Positions 9,896 through 19,135 of a stretch of 64,000 bases of DNA are shown here, in pieces. The first letter of the stretch is position 1, and each line of letters opens with the position of its first letter. The notes beneath the pieces were generated by a model, which was given only the letters and a program-made list of their open reading frames with translations, was not told the origin of the DNA and searched no databases. Origin of the DNA: an uncultured Clostridia bacterium (lineage in GTDB: Bacteria; Bacillota; Clostridia; Oscillospirales; CAG-272). The stretch is taken from contig CALXXF010000003.1 in the NCBI GenBank assembly GCA_944392615.1, positions 12,191 through 76,190 of the forward strand, read 5' to 3'. The translations under genes and the position numbers were made by a program.

Positions 9896-12800
9896 ATGAG
9901 AAAAAGATTATTACTTTTTGTTCTCTGCATTGCGATGGTGGTCGGCAATGTCTCCGGCCTCACATTAGTGTCGACTGCAGCACCCTCTGAGAGCGACACG
10001 GAAGTTTCGTATCTCGAAGGCTCTGATCTGCTCTACGACCTTATGGAGTTCTCCACCACCTTTGTGCTTGCTCAGCACAAAGCGCTCGGCGGATCTCATT
10101 ATGCTTATACAGAAGGACTTTTCGAGGAATCCACCGGTGATTCTCCTGAGGGAACTGAGAGCAACTTTGTCGCCGGCTCACGTCTTGTACTCATAAAGCT
10201 TGAAGCCGAGGGCAATCAGGTCAAGAAGACAGAAACAGTTATTCTCAAGTCCCCCATGGGCTGCATACGTGACCCTGATGTTTCCGCCGATGGCACAAAG
10301 GTCATTTTCTCCTGGAAACAGCGCACAAACGATGATTTCCACCTCTATGAGATGGAGCTCACGTCAGGCGAATATGAATACAAGCAGCTCACCTTCGGAT
10401 CAGGCGTTGCCGATATTGAATGCCAGTATCTTCCCAACGGCGAGATAATTTTCAACTCGACTCGTGCCGTTCAGACCGTTGACTGCTGGAAGACCCCGGT
10501 TTCCAATTTGTACAAGTGCTCGGCTGACGGATCTAACATAATCCGTCTTGGATACGATCAGGTACACACAACGCTTCCCTCTGTGACTTCTGACGGCCGC
10601 GTGATATATACCAGATGGGACTACAACGATAGAACCCAGATGTGGATACAGTCGCTGTTCCAGATGAATCCCGACGGAACGAACCAGACAGAGCTTTACG
10701 GAAATAATTCCAACTTCCCGACAACGCTTACGCATGTGAGAGAGGTGCCCGGCACAAACGGCCTTTACATGGCAATTGCTACAGGTCACCATACTTTCCA
10801 GGGCGGTAAGCTCTGTTTCGTTGACGTTACCGACGAAAGAGATGGCAAGAACTCGGTTACATTTCCTTTCCCTGATGTCGGAACAAACAAGAACGACAGT
10901 GTGGATACCTTCGGTCAGGCCGGACCGATATATCAGTACCCCTATCCTATAAACTCCGAGGAGTTCCTTGTTTCGTACTCTCCATCCGGTTGGGCAGCAA
11001 ACAAGGCAGCTACTCCTTTCAGTATCTATCTCATGAATACTGACGGCGACAAAATAGAGCTTGTCGAGGGAACGTCCGCTTATCCCTGCGCTCAGATAGT
11101 TGCTGTAAAGACCAGAGACATGTTCGTCAGACCCAGCATGGTAAACTACGCAATGACTACGGGAACGTATTATGTTGCCGATGTATATCAGGGCGAAGCT
11201 ATGAACGGTGTTGAGCGCGGAGATGTAAAGCAGATACGTGTTGTTGCACTCGACTATCGTGCTTATGCTATAGGTGCTACCGTGGCGTCCGGTTCCGGAT
11301 CCGCGGACCCATTCACTCCTATCGCAACCGGTAATGGTTCATGGGACGTAAAGGTTGTTCTTGGTGTGGCTACCGTGTATGAGGACGGTTCTGCAATGTT
11401 CTCGGTACCCAGTGAAACACCTGTCTACTTCCAGCTTCTCGATGAAGACGGAAATATGATCCAGACTATGCGTTCATGGTCTACTCTCATGCCAAACGAG
11501 ATATATTCCTGTGTCGGCTGCCATGAGGACAACAATACAGCGCCTCCGGCATCCTCAAGACCCACAATGGCTATGGAGGCAGGAGTCGAAGAGCTCAAGC
11601 CCGATGTCTGGCAGCAGGATGATGAGGACTACGATCCTTACACCAGCAAGATAGGCTTCTCATATATCGACGAGATACAGACTATCTTTGATAAGAGCTG
11701 CGTGTCATGCCACAACGACGAGACCGCTGCGTACATGGAAATCAATGTTGATGGCATGAACAACAGCGGAGTTGAAGCGACTATAAAGGGCGAGGAAATA
11801 GAAATATTCCCGATAGGTTCTACATGGAAGTATAAGATATCCACAACCGATTCTCCTGTTTCCGGGTGGAATACGCTCGGCTTTGACGATTCATCGTGGG
11901 CAAGCGGCAAAGGACCTTTCGGAGACAGAAACGAAAACGGCGTGACTGTTGCAACGCCTTGGAACGGCAGCAACAATTACATCTGGATACGCAAAACATT
12001 CACTATAGAGGATACAGAAGATCTCAAGAATGCATACCTCATGCTCAGAACCTGGTATGACGACAACCCTGTGTTCTATCTCAACGGCACAGAGATATTC
12101 AGAGATACAGAGGGAAATGCGTGGGTTGATAATTATACCACGATAAACCTCGGAACCAAGTACAATCATCTGCTCAAGGAAGGCGAGAACGTCATAGCCA
12201 TCTACTGCAAAAATACTTCCGGTGGCAGACAGATAGACACATCGCTCTATTTCCTCAAGCCTGATCTTGAAGCCGGGGAAGAAGTAGGACAGATTTCTCT
12301 TGAGGGAACCCTTATAAACTCCGACCGTATGAAGAAATCCTTCCCGCTTTCTTATCTCGTTCTTACTGCATCCAGACCAAACGGTTCTGTGCAGTGGGTT
12401 GGAACATCGACAAATAAGTATATCAACTGGATTTCGTCGATGAGCGGCGCTGAAATAATAGATCCTTACACCTATGGAGCAATAACCTCTCCGCTCATAG
12501 AGAGGCTCAGAGACGGTCACGGAAATCTCAGCGAGACAGAGATACGTACAATAGCCGCTTGGATCGATCTCACCGTGCCTTGCTACGGTGAGTACGATGT
12601 GAACAACAACTGGAACGCCGATGCGAAGCAGGAGGCTGAAGAAGAGCAGAACAAGCGCGACTATTATACCATGCTCAACGACTACGCACGCATGTCACTT
12701 GCCGGAACCCTTCCTACAGGAGTTATTAAGGCTACCTACAAGAGTACCAGAATGGAGGTAAGCGGAGAGGCAAATGGAATACTCACTCTGTATGTCGGTC

Positions 12801-13546
12801 AGAAATACAGAAAAGGAGATACCATTACGGTGACTCTGCCTGAGGGAGAAAAGTATATCGGATTCACGCTTACTGCAAAGATGGGAGAGTCCATAATATA
12901 CTGCCCAGACGGTACGTTTACCTATGTTATCCCGTCGCTTGCTTCAATGGTATCCACCATTAGCCAGTCGTATGCGAATACCACTAATAACATCACGATA
13001 AGACTTCTCACCGACGAAGAGCTTGCTGAAAAGAGAAATCTTGCCGAGAACTCTTATGACTATACCAACAATGCTTCACAGCCCTCCGACATAACCGGAC
13101 AGTATCCTCACGCTACTGCAAGCAGTGAGTGGGAGAATACCAAGGGCGACCTTGACTTCCTTGCGAGAAATGCGATAGACGGATTTACCAACAACAAGGG
13201 ACACGGTGCTTTCCCTGTTCAGTCATGGGGACCCGCAACGACACCCAACCAGTGGTTCGCAATCGATTTCGGAAGAGAAGTCAATGCTGAGGAGCTCGGA
13301 ATCTTTATAAGATACGATGTTTCGCACGATACTTACTTCAAGTCCGGTGTGATTGAATTCACATATGCCGACGGCACGACTTCTACTCAGAATTTCACGC
13401 TTGAGTGGACCGGTGACGAGCAGATCATAGAGCTTCAGGCTACCAAGCCGATCGTCTCAATAAAGCTCAAGAACCTTGTGTCGGCTAAGCGGGGAAGTTG
13501 GGCTGCGTTCTCAGAGGTTCGTGTATACGGAACCGAAAAACAGTGA
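9896..13546 (+). CDS. Secreted hydrazine synthase alpha-like (HzsA-related) di-heme protein with two carbohydrate-binding-type modules
   Basis: Sec signal; TolB/PD40-like propeller (DPDVSADGTKVIFS, YLPNGEIIFNSTR, SDGRVIYTRWDY, MNPDGT); HZS-alpha middle-domain pattern VLGVATVYEDGSAMFSVPSETPVYFQLLDEDG..QTMRSW..SCVGCHE; second CVSCH; jelly-roll and discoidin-like modules; AGAAAGGAG RBS 14 nt after the upstream stop region. Confidence 0.8.
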   Translation: MRKRLLLFVLCIAMVVGNVSGLTLVSTAAPSESDTEVSYLEGSDLLYDLMEFSTTFVLAQHKALGGSHYAYTEGLFEESTGDSPEGTESNFVAGSRLVLIKLEAEGNQVKKTETVILKSPMGCIRDPDVSADGTKVIFSWKQRTNDDFHLYEMELTSGEYEYKQLTFGSGVADIECQYLPNGEIIFNSTRAVQTVDCWKTPVSNLYKCSADGSNIIRLGYDQVHTTLPSVTSDGRVIYTRWDYNDRTQMWIQSLFQMNPDGTNQTELYGNNSNFPTTLTHVREVPGTNGLYMAIATGHHTFQGGKLCFVDVTDERDGKNSVTFPFPDVGTNKNDSVDTFGQAGPIYQYPYPINSEEFLVSYSPSGWAANKAATPFSIYLMNTDGDKIELVEGTSAYPCAQIVAVKTRDMFVRPSMVNYAMTTGTYYVADVYQGEAMNGVERGDVKQIRVVALDYRAYAIGATVASGSGSADPFTPIATGNGSWDVKVVLGVATVYEDGSAMFSVPSETPVYFQLLDEDGNMIQTMRSWSTLMPNEIYSCVGCHEDNNTAPPASSRPTMAMEAGVEELKPDVWQQDDEDYDPYTSKIGFSYIDEIQTIFDKSCVSCHNDETAAYMEINVDGMNNSGVEATIKGEEIEIFPIGSTWKYKISTTDSPVSGWNTLGFDDSSWASGKGPFGDRNENGVTVATPWNGSNNYIWIRKTFTIEDTEDLKNAYLMLRTWYDDNPVFYLNGTEIFRDTEGNAWVDNYTTINLGTKYNHLLKEGENVIAIYCKNTSGGRQIDTSLYFLKPDLEAGEEVGQISLEGTLINSDRMKKSFPLSYLVLTASRPNGSVQWVGTSTNKYINWISSMSGAEIIDPYTYGAITSPLIERLRDGHGNLSETEIRTIAAWIDLTVPCYGEYDVNNNWNADAKQEAEEEQNKRDYYTMLNDYARMSLAGTLPTGVIKATYKSTRMEVSGEANGILTLYVGQKYRKGDTITVTLPEGEKYIGFTLTAKMGESIIYCPDGTFTYVIPSLASMVSTISQSYANTTNNITIRLLTDEELAEKRNLAENSYDYTNNASQPSDITGQYPHATASSEWENTKGDLDFLARNAIDGFTNNKGHGAFPVQSWGPATTPNQWFAIDFGREVNAEELGIFIRYDVSHDTYFKSGVIEFTYADGTTSTQNFTLEWTGDEQIIELQATKPIVSIKLKNLVSAKRGSWAAFSEVRVYGTEKQ

Positions 13547-13578
13547 ACTGCCTGAAGCGTTAGAAATCGCATCACAGT

Positions 13579-13614
13579 AAATACCGCCGCGGGTACTTCC
13601 GCGGCGGTATTTTT
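13579..13614 (+). terminator. Intrinsic terminator closing the cytochrome c locus
   Basis: AAATACCGCCGCGG-gtactt-CCGCGGCGGTATTTTT. Confidence 0.85.
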
Positions 13615-13930
13615 AATTTACAGTGTACGGATATTTGCGAAAAGGCGCTTGACGGCGAGAGATTGTCGGTGATAATCCGTTTTATCAGGAAATGAAAGCA
13701 AATAGTACAGGGTCGTATCTGGAATAACTTGCTATTTCGGACACACTTCGGATCAGAATAAATACGTGATTCCGACGGAATAAAAATGTACCCAATTTCA
13801 GGCAAGCAGGTACACAATAAATTAATCTTATCATGACATTATCAGTAATGTCATTTTCTTATTATAACGTGCGTTTCACCTGCGCAATTCCTTGCATGAG
13901 GTATCATGCTGTTCTGAAAAATGAAAAAAT

Positions 13931-13977
13931 GAAAAGCGCGACAAGACGCCGAATTCGCGGTCGGCCTGTCGCGCTTT
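13931..13977 (-). terminator. Probable terminator for the yhaN operon
   Basis: Imperfect inverted repeat AAAGCGCGACA...TGTCGCGCTTT preceded by A-runs on + (T-runs on -). Confidence 0.5.
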
Positions 13978-14042
13978 ATCAGATTGAGGATTTGAAACGA
14001 CCATAGTCTGACTGCTGATGATCCTGCCAGAGTTTTTCAAAA

Positions 14043-16397
14043 TTAAAGGTTTATTTTGTTTATACAGCTTGTCTTGTCTAAGGCATTTATCTCCCTGTCA
14101 CTGCATGTGAGTATTATTACCTGGGCAATTGTTTCGTCTTTGGCACCGACGTTGCTGTAATTGCTGAGCAATGTCAGTACGTTTTTCAGACGTGAATCAT
14201 CAAGGTATACAAATGATTCGTCAAATATCACGCACGGCGGGTCGGAGGTGCGGAAAAGCAGCTTTATCAGTGCGAGTCTGAGTGCAACGTAGGAGAGAGC
14301 CTTTGTGCCCTCGCTCATGAATCCGAGCTCACGTGTGGGAGAGGAATCCGTATTTTGAAAAGTCATTTCAAGCGAGCTGTCGACATATATCCCGGAAAGC
14401 TTTCCGTCGGTGGCAGATCTCATCATTTCCGAGGCATCTCTGGTGAGCGCCGGTGCTATTTTTTCGCGGAGTGATTCGCTTGCGCGTATCAGGACCTCAC
14501 GCGCGAGATAACAAGCGTTATGCTTTTCTGTAAGCTCATTTTTCAGCGCTTTCAGTTCGGAAAGCTTTTCGGACATGGCGTGTGTATCCTGAGCTTTGCT
14601 ACCAAGCGCCGCCGCGTCAATTTTCAGGGACTGAATTTTCTCTTCTATCGCCCTTTTGCGGTTGGTATGAAAGGCAAGGCGCCTTTCTGCTTCTGCCCGG
14701 TCTTCGGAACAGTCTTTGGTATATTCGGTGCGTTTAACAGTCTCAATACATTTTTCTCTTTCATAGCCTGCGCATGATACGAGCATAGCATCGTAAGCAG
14801 AAGTAGCCGAGTTCAGTTCGCGCTCGCACAGGCGGATATCGCTTATTGCAGAATCGCATGAGGACGCGCTTTTTGACAGTATCGCTCTTATAAGGTGTGA
14901 ATTTTCGCGCGGACACGCAATTCCCCAGCGCGAAAGAAGCTGTGCCGCCCGTCCGACAGCGTCGGCAAGCGCTCCTGAACACGCCGCTATGTCAGAATCA
15001 AGCTCTGAAAGAATATTTTTCTGTTTTTCATATTTCTCAAATGCTGCCTCAGAAGCTTCGAGCTTTCTTACTGCCGGAATGATTTCTTCTGAATTTATGT
15101 CAGAAAGAAGCTTTTCCAGCCTTTTTCCAAAATCCGAATATTTTCTCAGGGAAAATGCCGAGCAGAGCATCATCATCGCAGCCAACACAAATGAAGCAAA
15201 AACAGGCAGGGCAACATTTCTGATGAGTCCCGCCGCCGATACGGCAAGCAGTGTGATTCCTGTAACTGCAAAAATGCCGGCAAGTACCGAAAAGATGACA
15301 AGCGCCCGCTTATATGCAGATATTTTTGAGGAGAAAGAAAACAGCTTTTTTACCACTGCTTCGCGCCCGCCGAGTTCAAGCGCTGCTTTGTGTATTCTTT
15401 CATATTCATCTCCGGGCTTTGCTACGGGAATGTCGTCTCTGCGCTTTACGGCGTTTTTCAGATTGTTTTCAGCCAATAATATTTCAGATTCAGAGGATTT
15501 GAGAAGCGATGAATATTTTTCATCAGGTAAAAATCCGTTGTGCATGTATTTTTCAGTCAGAGCGTTGTGCTTTTCCGCAAGCGCTTCTCTTTTTCTCTCC
15601 GCGTTGTCGAGGGCATCCAGTTTTTCAAGGATGTTTTCGGCTTTTATCCTTTCAATAACGTCGCTGTAAAATTTCAGCTGATAATTGCATTCGTCAAGCT
15701 CTGCGGTATACTTATTGAGGCTTTCGTTTTTTTCGGCAAGCGCCGAATTTACAAGCACAGAATCTCTGATTTTATTTTCCAGTTCGCCTATTTCTCCTTC
15801 AAGCGTAAATATTCTTCCGCCTTTTTTATTTTTATGGAGAAGAAACACCCTGGCATCGTCAAGTTTTTTCAGAGCAGTTTTTACACTTATTGATTCGTCA
15901 GCGGAAAAGAGTATATTGTTTATGGCGTTGTTCATTCCGGCACTGTCTACAAGATTTCCTGAGCCCTGAGCAGAAAATGCAGTCTGTGCAAACACATCTT
16001 CGGAGACACCGAAGAAAACTTCTCCCGGACACCTGCCGCGGAAAAGCTCTGTGTTTGTGTCTGCATCGGTAATTTTTACACTTTCTTTACCCGAAGCCTT
16101 TGCCGCAGGGAGGAGAGTTCTCTCTATTCGGTACCTCTTTCCTTTGTCATTTAAAACAATGCTTCCGGACGAAATTCCGCTCTCCCAACTGGTATAGCGT
16201 GATTTTTCGGTCATGCTCTGATCAGGGGTTTTTCCGCTCATCCCGTAGAATATAAATTTCACAAAAGCTGCAAGTGTGCTTTTTCCGCTTTCATTTTCGC
16301 CGTATATTATGTTTATTCCGCCGTTCAGCTCATATACCTTTTCGCTGAGAGAGCCGAAAGAGCCGATTGATATTTTTTCTATATACAAGATATTCAC
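14043..16397 (-). CDS. YhaN/AAA_27 family SMC/Rad50-like ATPase
   Basis: IGSFGSL, Walker A YGENESGKST, long coiled coil with a central hydrophobic pair, signature MSEGT..YVALRLAL, Walker B FDESF..LDDSR. Confidence 0.8.
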   Translation of the reverse strand: MNILYIEKISIGSFGSLSEKVYELNGGINIIYGENESGKSTLAAFVKFIFYGMSGKTPDQSMTEKSRYTSWESGISSGSIVLNDKGKRYRIERTLLPAAKASGKESVKITDADTNTELFRGRCPGEVFFGVSEDVFAQTAFSAQGSGNLVDSAGMNNAINNILFSADESISVKTALKKLDDARVFLLHKNKKGGRIFTLEGEIGELENKIRDSVLVNSALAEKNESLNKYTAELDECNYQLKFYSDVIERIKAENILEKLDALDNAERKREALAEKHNALTEKYMHNGFLPDEKYSSLLKSSESEILLAENNLKNAVKRRDDIPVAKPGDEYERIHKAALELGGREAVVKKLFSFSSKISAYKRALVIFSVLAGIFAVTGITLLAVSAAGLIRNVALPVFASFVLAAMMMLCSAFSLRKYSDFGKRLEKLLSDINSEEIIPAVRKLEASEAAFEKYEKQKNILSELDSDIAACSGALADAVGRAAQLLSRWGIACPRENSHLIRAILSKSASSCDSAISDIRLCERELNSATSAYDAMLVSCAGYEREKCIETVKRTEYTKDCSEDRAEAERRLAFHTNRKRAIEEKIQSLKIDAAALGSKAQDTHAMSEKLSELKALKNELTEKHNACYLAREVLIRASESLREKIAPALTRDASEMMRSATDGKLSGIYVDSSLEMTFQNTDSSPTRELGFMSEGTKALSYVALRLALIKLLFRTSDPPCVIFDESFVYLDDSRLKNVLTLLSNYSNVGAKDETIAQVIILTCSDREINALDKTSCINKINL

Positions 16398-17095
16398 TCC
16401 GATCGGTCAAGAAGTACTGCGCAAATTTTTCTGATGTCGTCTATTTCGTACCTTGCATGAAGGCCGCTTTTCAACGGAATTCCGTGCGGGTTGTAATAGC
16501 AGGCGTCTATACCGGCAAGGTTGGCTCCTTTTATGTCGCTTGTTTGTGAGTCACCTACCAAAAGACATTCAGAAATATCAAAATTTTTAATATTTTTTTT
16601 CACATGGTCGAAGAAGACCGGGGATGGTTTGGGCTCTCCGATGCTTTCAGAAACAAATATATCTTCAAAGTACGCTTCTATTCCGCTTTTTTTCAGCCTT
16701 TCTGTTTGTACCGCATAATCCCCGTTTGTGACTATAAAGAGTCGTTTCCCTGCGTCATAAAGCCGCTCTATGACATTCACCGCACCCGGTATCAGGACAG
16801 AGCAGTCCGAAAGGGTGCGTTTATACAGAGAATTGAATCTCACGGCGTCTATCTGAATCCCGTTTTTTTCGGCAAGTATTCTAAAACGAAGGGTGTAAAG
16901 CTCTTTTCGCTCTATTTTCTTTTCTTCAAGCGCTTTCCATAGGCTGTCGTTTATTTTCCTGAAGCTCTCAAAAAGCTTGTCCGTGCAGTCCACTCCGAGG
17001 GCAGAGGCAGCTGCGTGAAACGACATTTCCGCACTTTTGTCAAAATCAAACAGAGTGTTGTCGGCATCAAAAAGTATAATTCTGTATTTTTCCAT
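16394..17095 (-). CDS. YjjG-family HAD pyrimidine nucleotidase
   Basis: FDADNTLFDF motif I, VTNG, KPSP, VGDSQTSDIKGA; 4-bp overlap with the yhaN-like start. Confidence 0.85.
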   Translation of the reverse strand: MEKYRIILFDADNTLFDFDKSAEMSFHAAASALGVDCTDKLFESFRKINDSLWKALEEKKIERKELYTLRFRILAEKNGIQIDAVRFNSLYKRTLSDCSVLIPGAVNVIERLYDAGKRLFIVTNGDYAVQTERLKKSGIEAYFEDIFVSESIGEPKPSPVFFDHVKKNIKNFDISECLLVGDSQTSDIKGANLAGIDACYYNPHGIPLKSGLHARYEIDDIRKICAVLLDRSE

Positions 17096-17464
17096 ATCTG
17101 CTTGTTCCGGATTGTCTGTCCGGTACTCCTGAGTTATTTCCGGCGCTGTATATATTTTTATACTTCACATGAGTTTTTGATAATTGCATCGGATGCATAT
17201 AAACCGCGGTTGTCTGCTGGGACAGGGAAACGTCCGTTTTTCACTGTATAACTGTATCAAATAATCGGTAAAAACCTGTGAGTCCGCGCGGCAAAGACGC
17301 AGTAAGATGTATTAGACAGTACCTGTGAATCCGCGCGTCTTAAATTTCGCAGTAAGTATAATATTTTAAAACCCGGCTGAATAAAGAACGGCTTGAAATA
17401 AATAAACGATCTGCAGGACCTGAAAATACAATGTGAGCTTTCAGAAGGAAAGTGCTGCGTACTG

Positions 17465-18598
17465 TTATATTTCGATGTCCCTCCCGGAGAGGGCTTCAAG
17501 CGCATATTGAAGAGCTTTTGAAGCCAGCCTTTTTTCACCGTCATCTTCAGATCTGAGCGAGTCCATCAGAAGGCGGCACACCTCTCCTTTTATTGTCGGG
17601 TCTGTTGACAGCTTGTCAAGGTCAAACGCAGGGCAGGTGCGGTCTTTTATTTCTACGTAATAAAGCTCGGAGAACACAGGGTCAAATGATTCCGGAAGGT
17701 TTGCGGAATCCGCAAGGTATCCGTGGTAGATTATTCTCAGAAGCGTATCGGAACCGTAACCTGCTTTTTTGATTGCGAGAAGCGTGGCGGAGGCTATATC
17801 CGAGCTTGTCATCTGCGGCACGACATATATTTCTTCTACTGCGTATATCCTCTTGCACAGCCTGTAAAAGGAGCTTTTGATATTTGCAGTTGTTCCGTCC
17901 TTGTCTACAGACGTTAAAAATGCACCTCTTTCTCCGCGGTCGTTAAAGGCACGCGGTTCAAGACTTCCGCAATATCCGTAGTGTGTTTTCCCGGTACGTT
18001 TTATACCCGGATCGTTATGTATGTGCCCAAGAGCAATATAGTCAAAGCCGGATTGTTCTATGTCCCGGAGCATAATCGGACAATCGCCTCCGTCGCCCGA
18101 CAAATTTCCATGCCCTACGAGCAGGTTTATGTCTTCCTTATCTTTTTCAGGAACGGTGAAACCGCTGAATGGCGCTTTTTCGAGAATGGGAGAGGTAAAG
18201 GCGTATCCGTATATGTTTACGGTCCTGCCCCGTATGTCCAATGTCACCTTTTCAAGGTGAGAATTTTTGAAAATATGGACGTTTGCGGGAAAAGAGACCT
18301 TTCCATATACTCCGTCAGGAGTGTAAAAATCGTGGTTTCCCGGTGAAATAAAAAAGCGGCATTCAGGAAACGATGAGAATGTGTCGGCTACAAAAGAAGC
18401 ACAGTCGCCCGGAACGTTGCGGCTGTCAAACAGGTCTCCTGCTATCAGAACTATATCTGCGCCTACGGTTTTTGCCCAGAATATAAGAGAAGAAAATGCC
18501 GCGCGCAGCTCGTTCTTACGAGCCTGTGATTTCTGAAGATCGTCCATGGCGAAGGGACTGTCAAGGTGAATATCGCCGCTATGTACTATTTTTATCAA
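17465..18598 (-). CDS. YhaO/SbcD/Mre11-like DNA repair metallophosphoesterase
   Basis: DIHLD, AGDLFD, PGNHD, GHG, YIALGHIH motifs; TTG start at 18598 after AAGGGG. Confidence 0.88.
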   Translation of the reverse strand: MIKIVHSGDIHLDSPFAMDDLQKSQARKNELRAAFSSLIFWAKTVGADIVLIAGDLFDSRNVPGDCASFVADTFSSFPECRFFISPGNHDFYTPDGVYGKVSFPANVHIFKNSHLEKVTLDIRGRTVNIYGYAFTSPILEKAPFSGFTVPEKDKEDINLLVGHGNLSGDGGDCPIMLRDIEQSGFDYIALGHIHNDPGIKRTGKTHYGYCGSLEPRAFNDRGERGAFLTSVDKDGTTANIKSSFYRLCKRIYAVEEIYVVPQMTSSDIASATLLAIKKAGYGSDTLLRIIYHGYLADSANLPESFDPVFSELYYVEIKDRTCPAFDLDKLSTDPTIKGEVCRLLMDSLRSEDDGEKRLASKALQYALEALSGRDIEI

Positions 18599-18767
18599 TT
18601 TGCGCCCCTTGTGACGACCGTATTGCAAAAAGCAATGCAATTTAAAAATGCAATTCCATTATATTTGGTTTTGCATTTCCGGTTATCGTCGTTTTGAAAA
18701 TTTAAAATATCGGTCTATCGGTCAAAATATCACGGCGGAGTAAAGCAGTGTCCGCCGCACACCTGAT

Positions 18768-18796
18768 ATTATACAATACTGCCAAACTGCTGTCAA
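18768..18796 (-). promoter_or_regulatory. Sigma-A promoter for the yhaO-like gene
   Basis: TTGACA-17bp-TATAAT, perfect consensus on the minus strand. Confidence 0.8.
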
Positions 18797-18864
18797 TCGT
18801 AACACACAAAATAAAAAGCGTTTTTTCATCGGGATTTTGCGACTGAAGTCGACCTGAACGTCGA

Positions 18865-18893
18865 TTGACAAGGCGGGATATTTGTGATAAAAT
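18865..18893 (+). promoter_or_regulatory. Sigma-A promoter for rbfA-nrnA-truB
   Basis: TTGACA-17bp-TAAAAT with an extended TG; divergent from the yhaO promoter. Confidence 0.75.
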
Positions 18894-19135
18894 ACCGGGT
18901 GGCGGAAGAAAAGTTTTTGTTGTTTTAAACTGTCTATATGGTGCATAGTTACATACCGCCGCAGCCTGATGGCGGATTCTGCATTACAGATTTATATGTG
19001 TTTAAAAATTAATGCACCTCCGTTTTTGTCGCTATCCTGTGCGCTTTTTCTCAGGACGACCGGCATGAAATCTGTATCTATGCCGACGGCGGGTGTCTTT
19101 GTACTTAATGCTTGCAATAAAGAGGATATCTGAAA

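Noticed and set aside
7623-13546. Claim that this organism performs anammox or makes hydrazine
   Set aside because: The host is a spore-forming firmicute; no hydrazine dehydrogenase/HAO-type multiheme or nitrite reductase gene is in the window; the Tyr ligand position is not conserved; carbohydrate-binding modules are present. Only architectural similarity is supported.
5500-14000. Heme locus as a mobile element or genomic island
   Set aside because: No integrase, transposase, tRNA or flanking direct repeats seen, and composition looks host-like by eye.
14043-18598. Nuclease + SMC-like ATPase as an anti-phage or Wadjet-type system
   Set aside because: Motifs fit the housekeeping YhaO/YhaN (SbcD/SbcC-like) pair, with no jetABD or other defence genes nearby.
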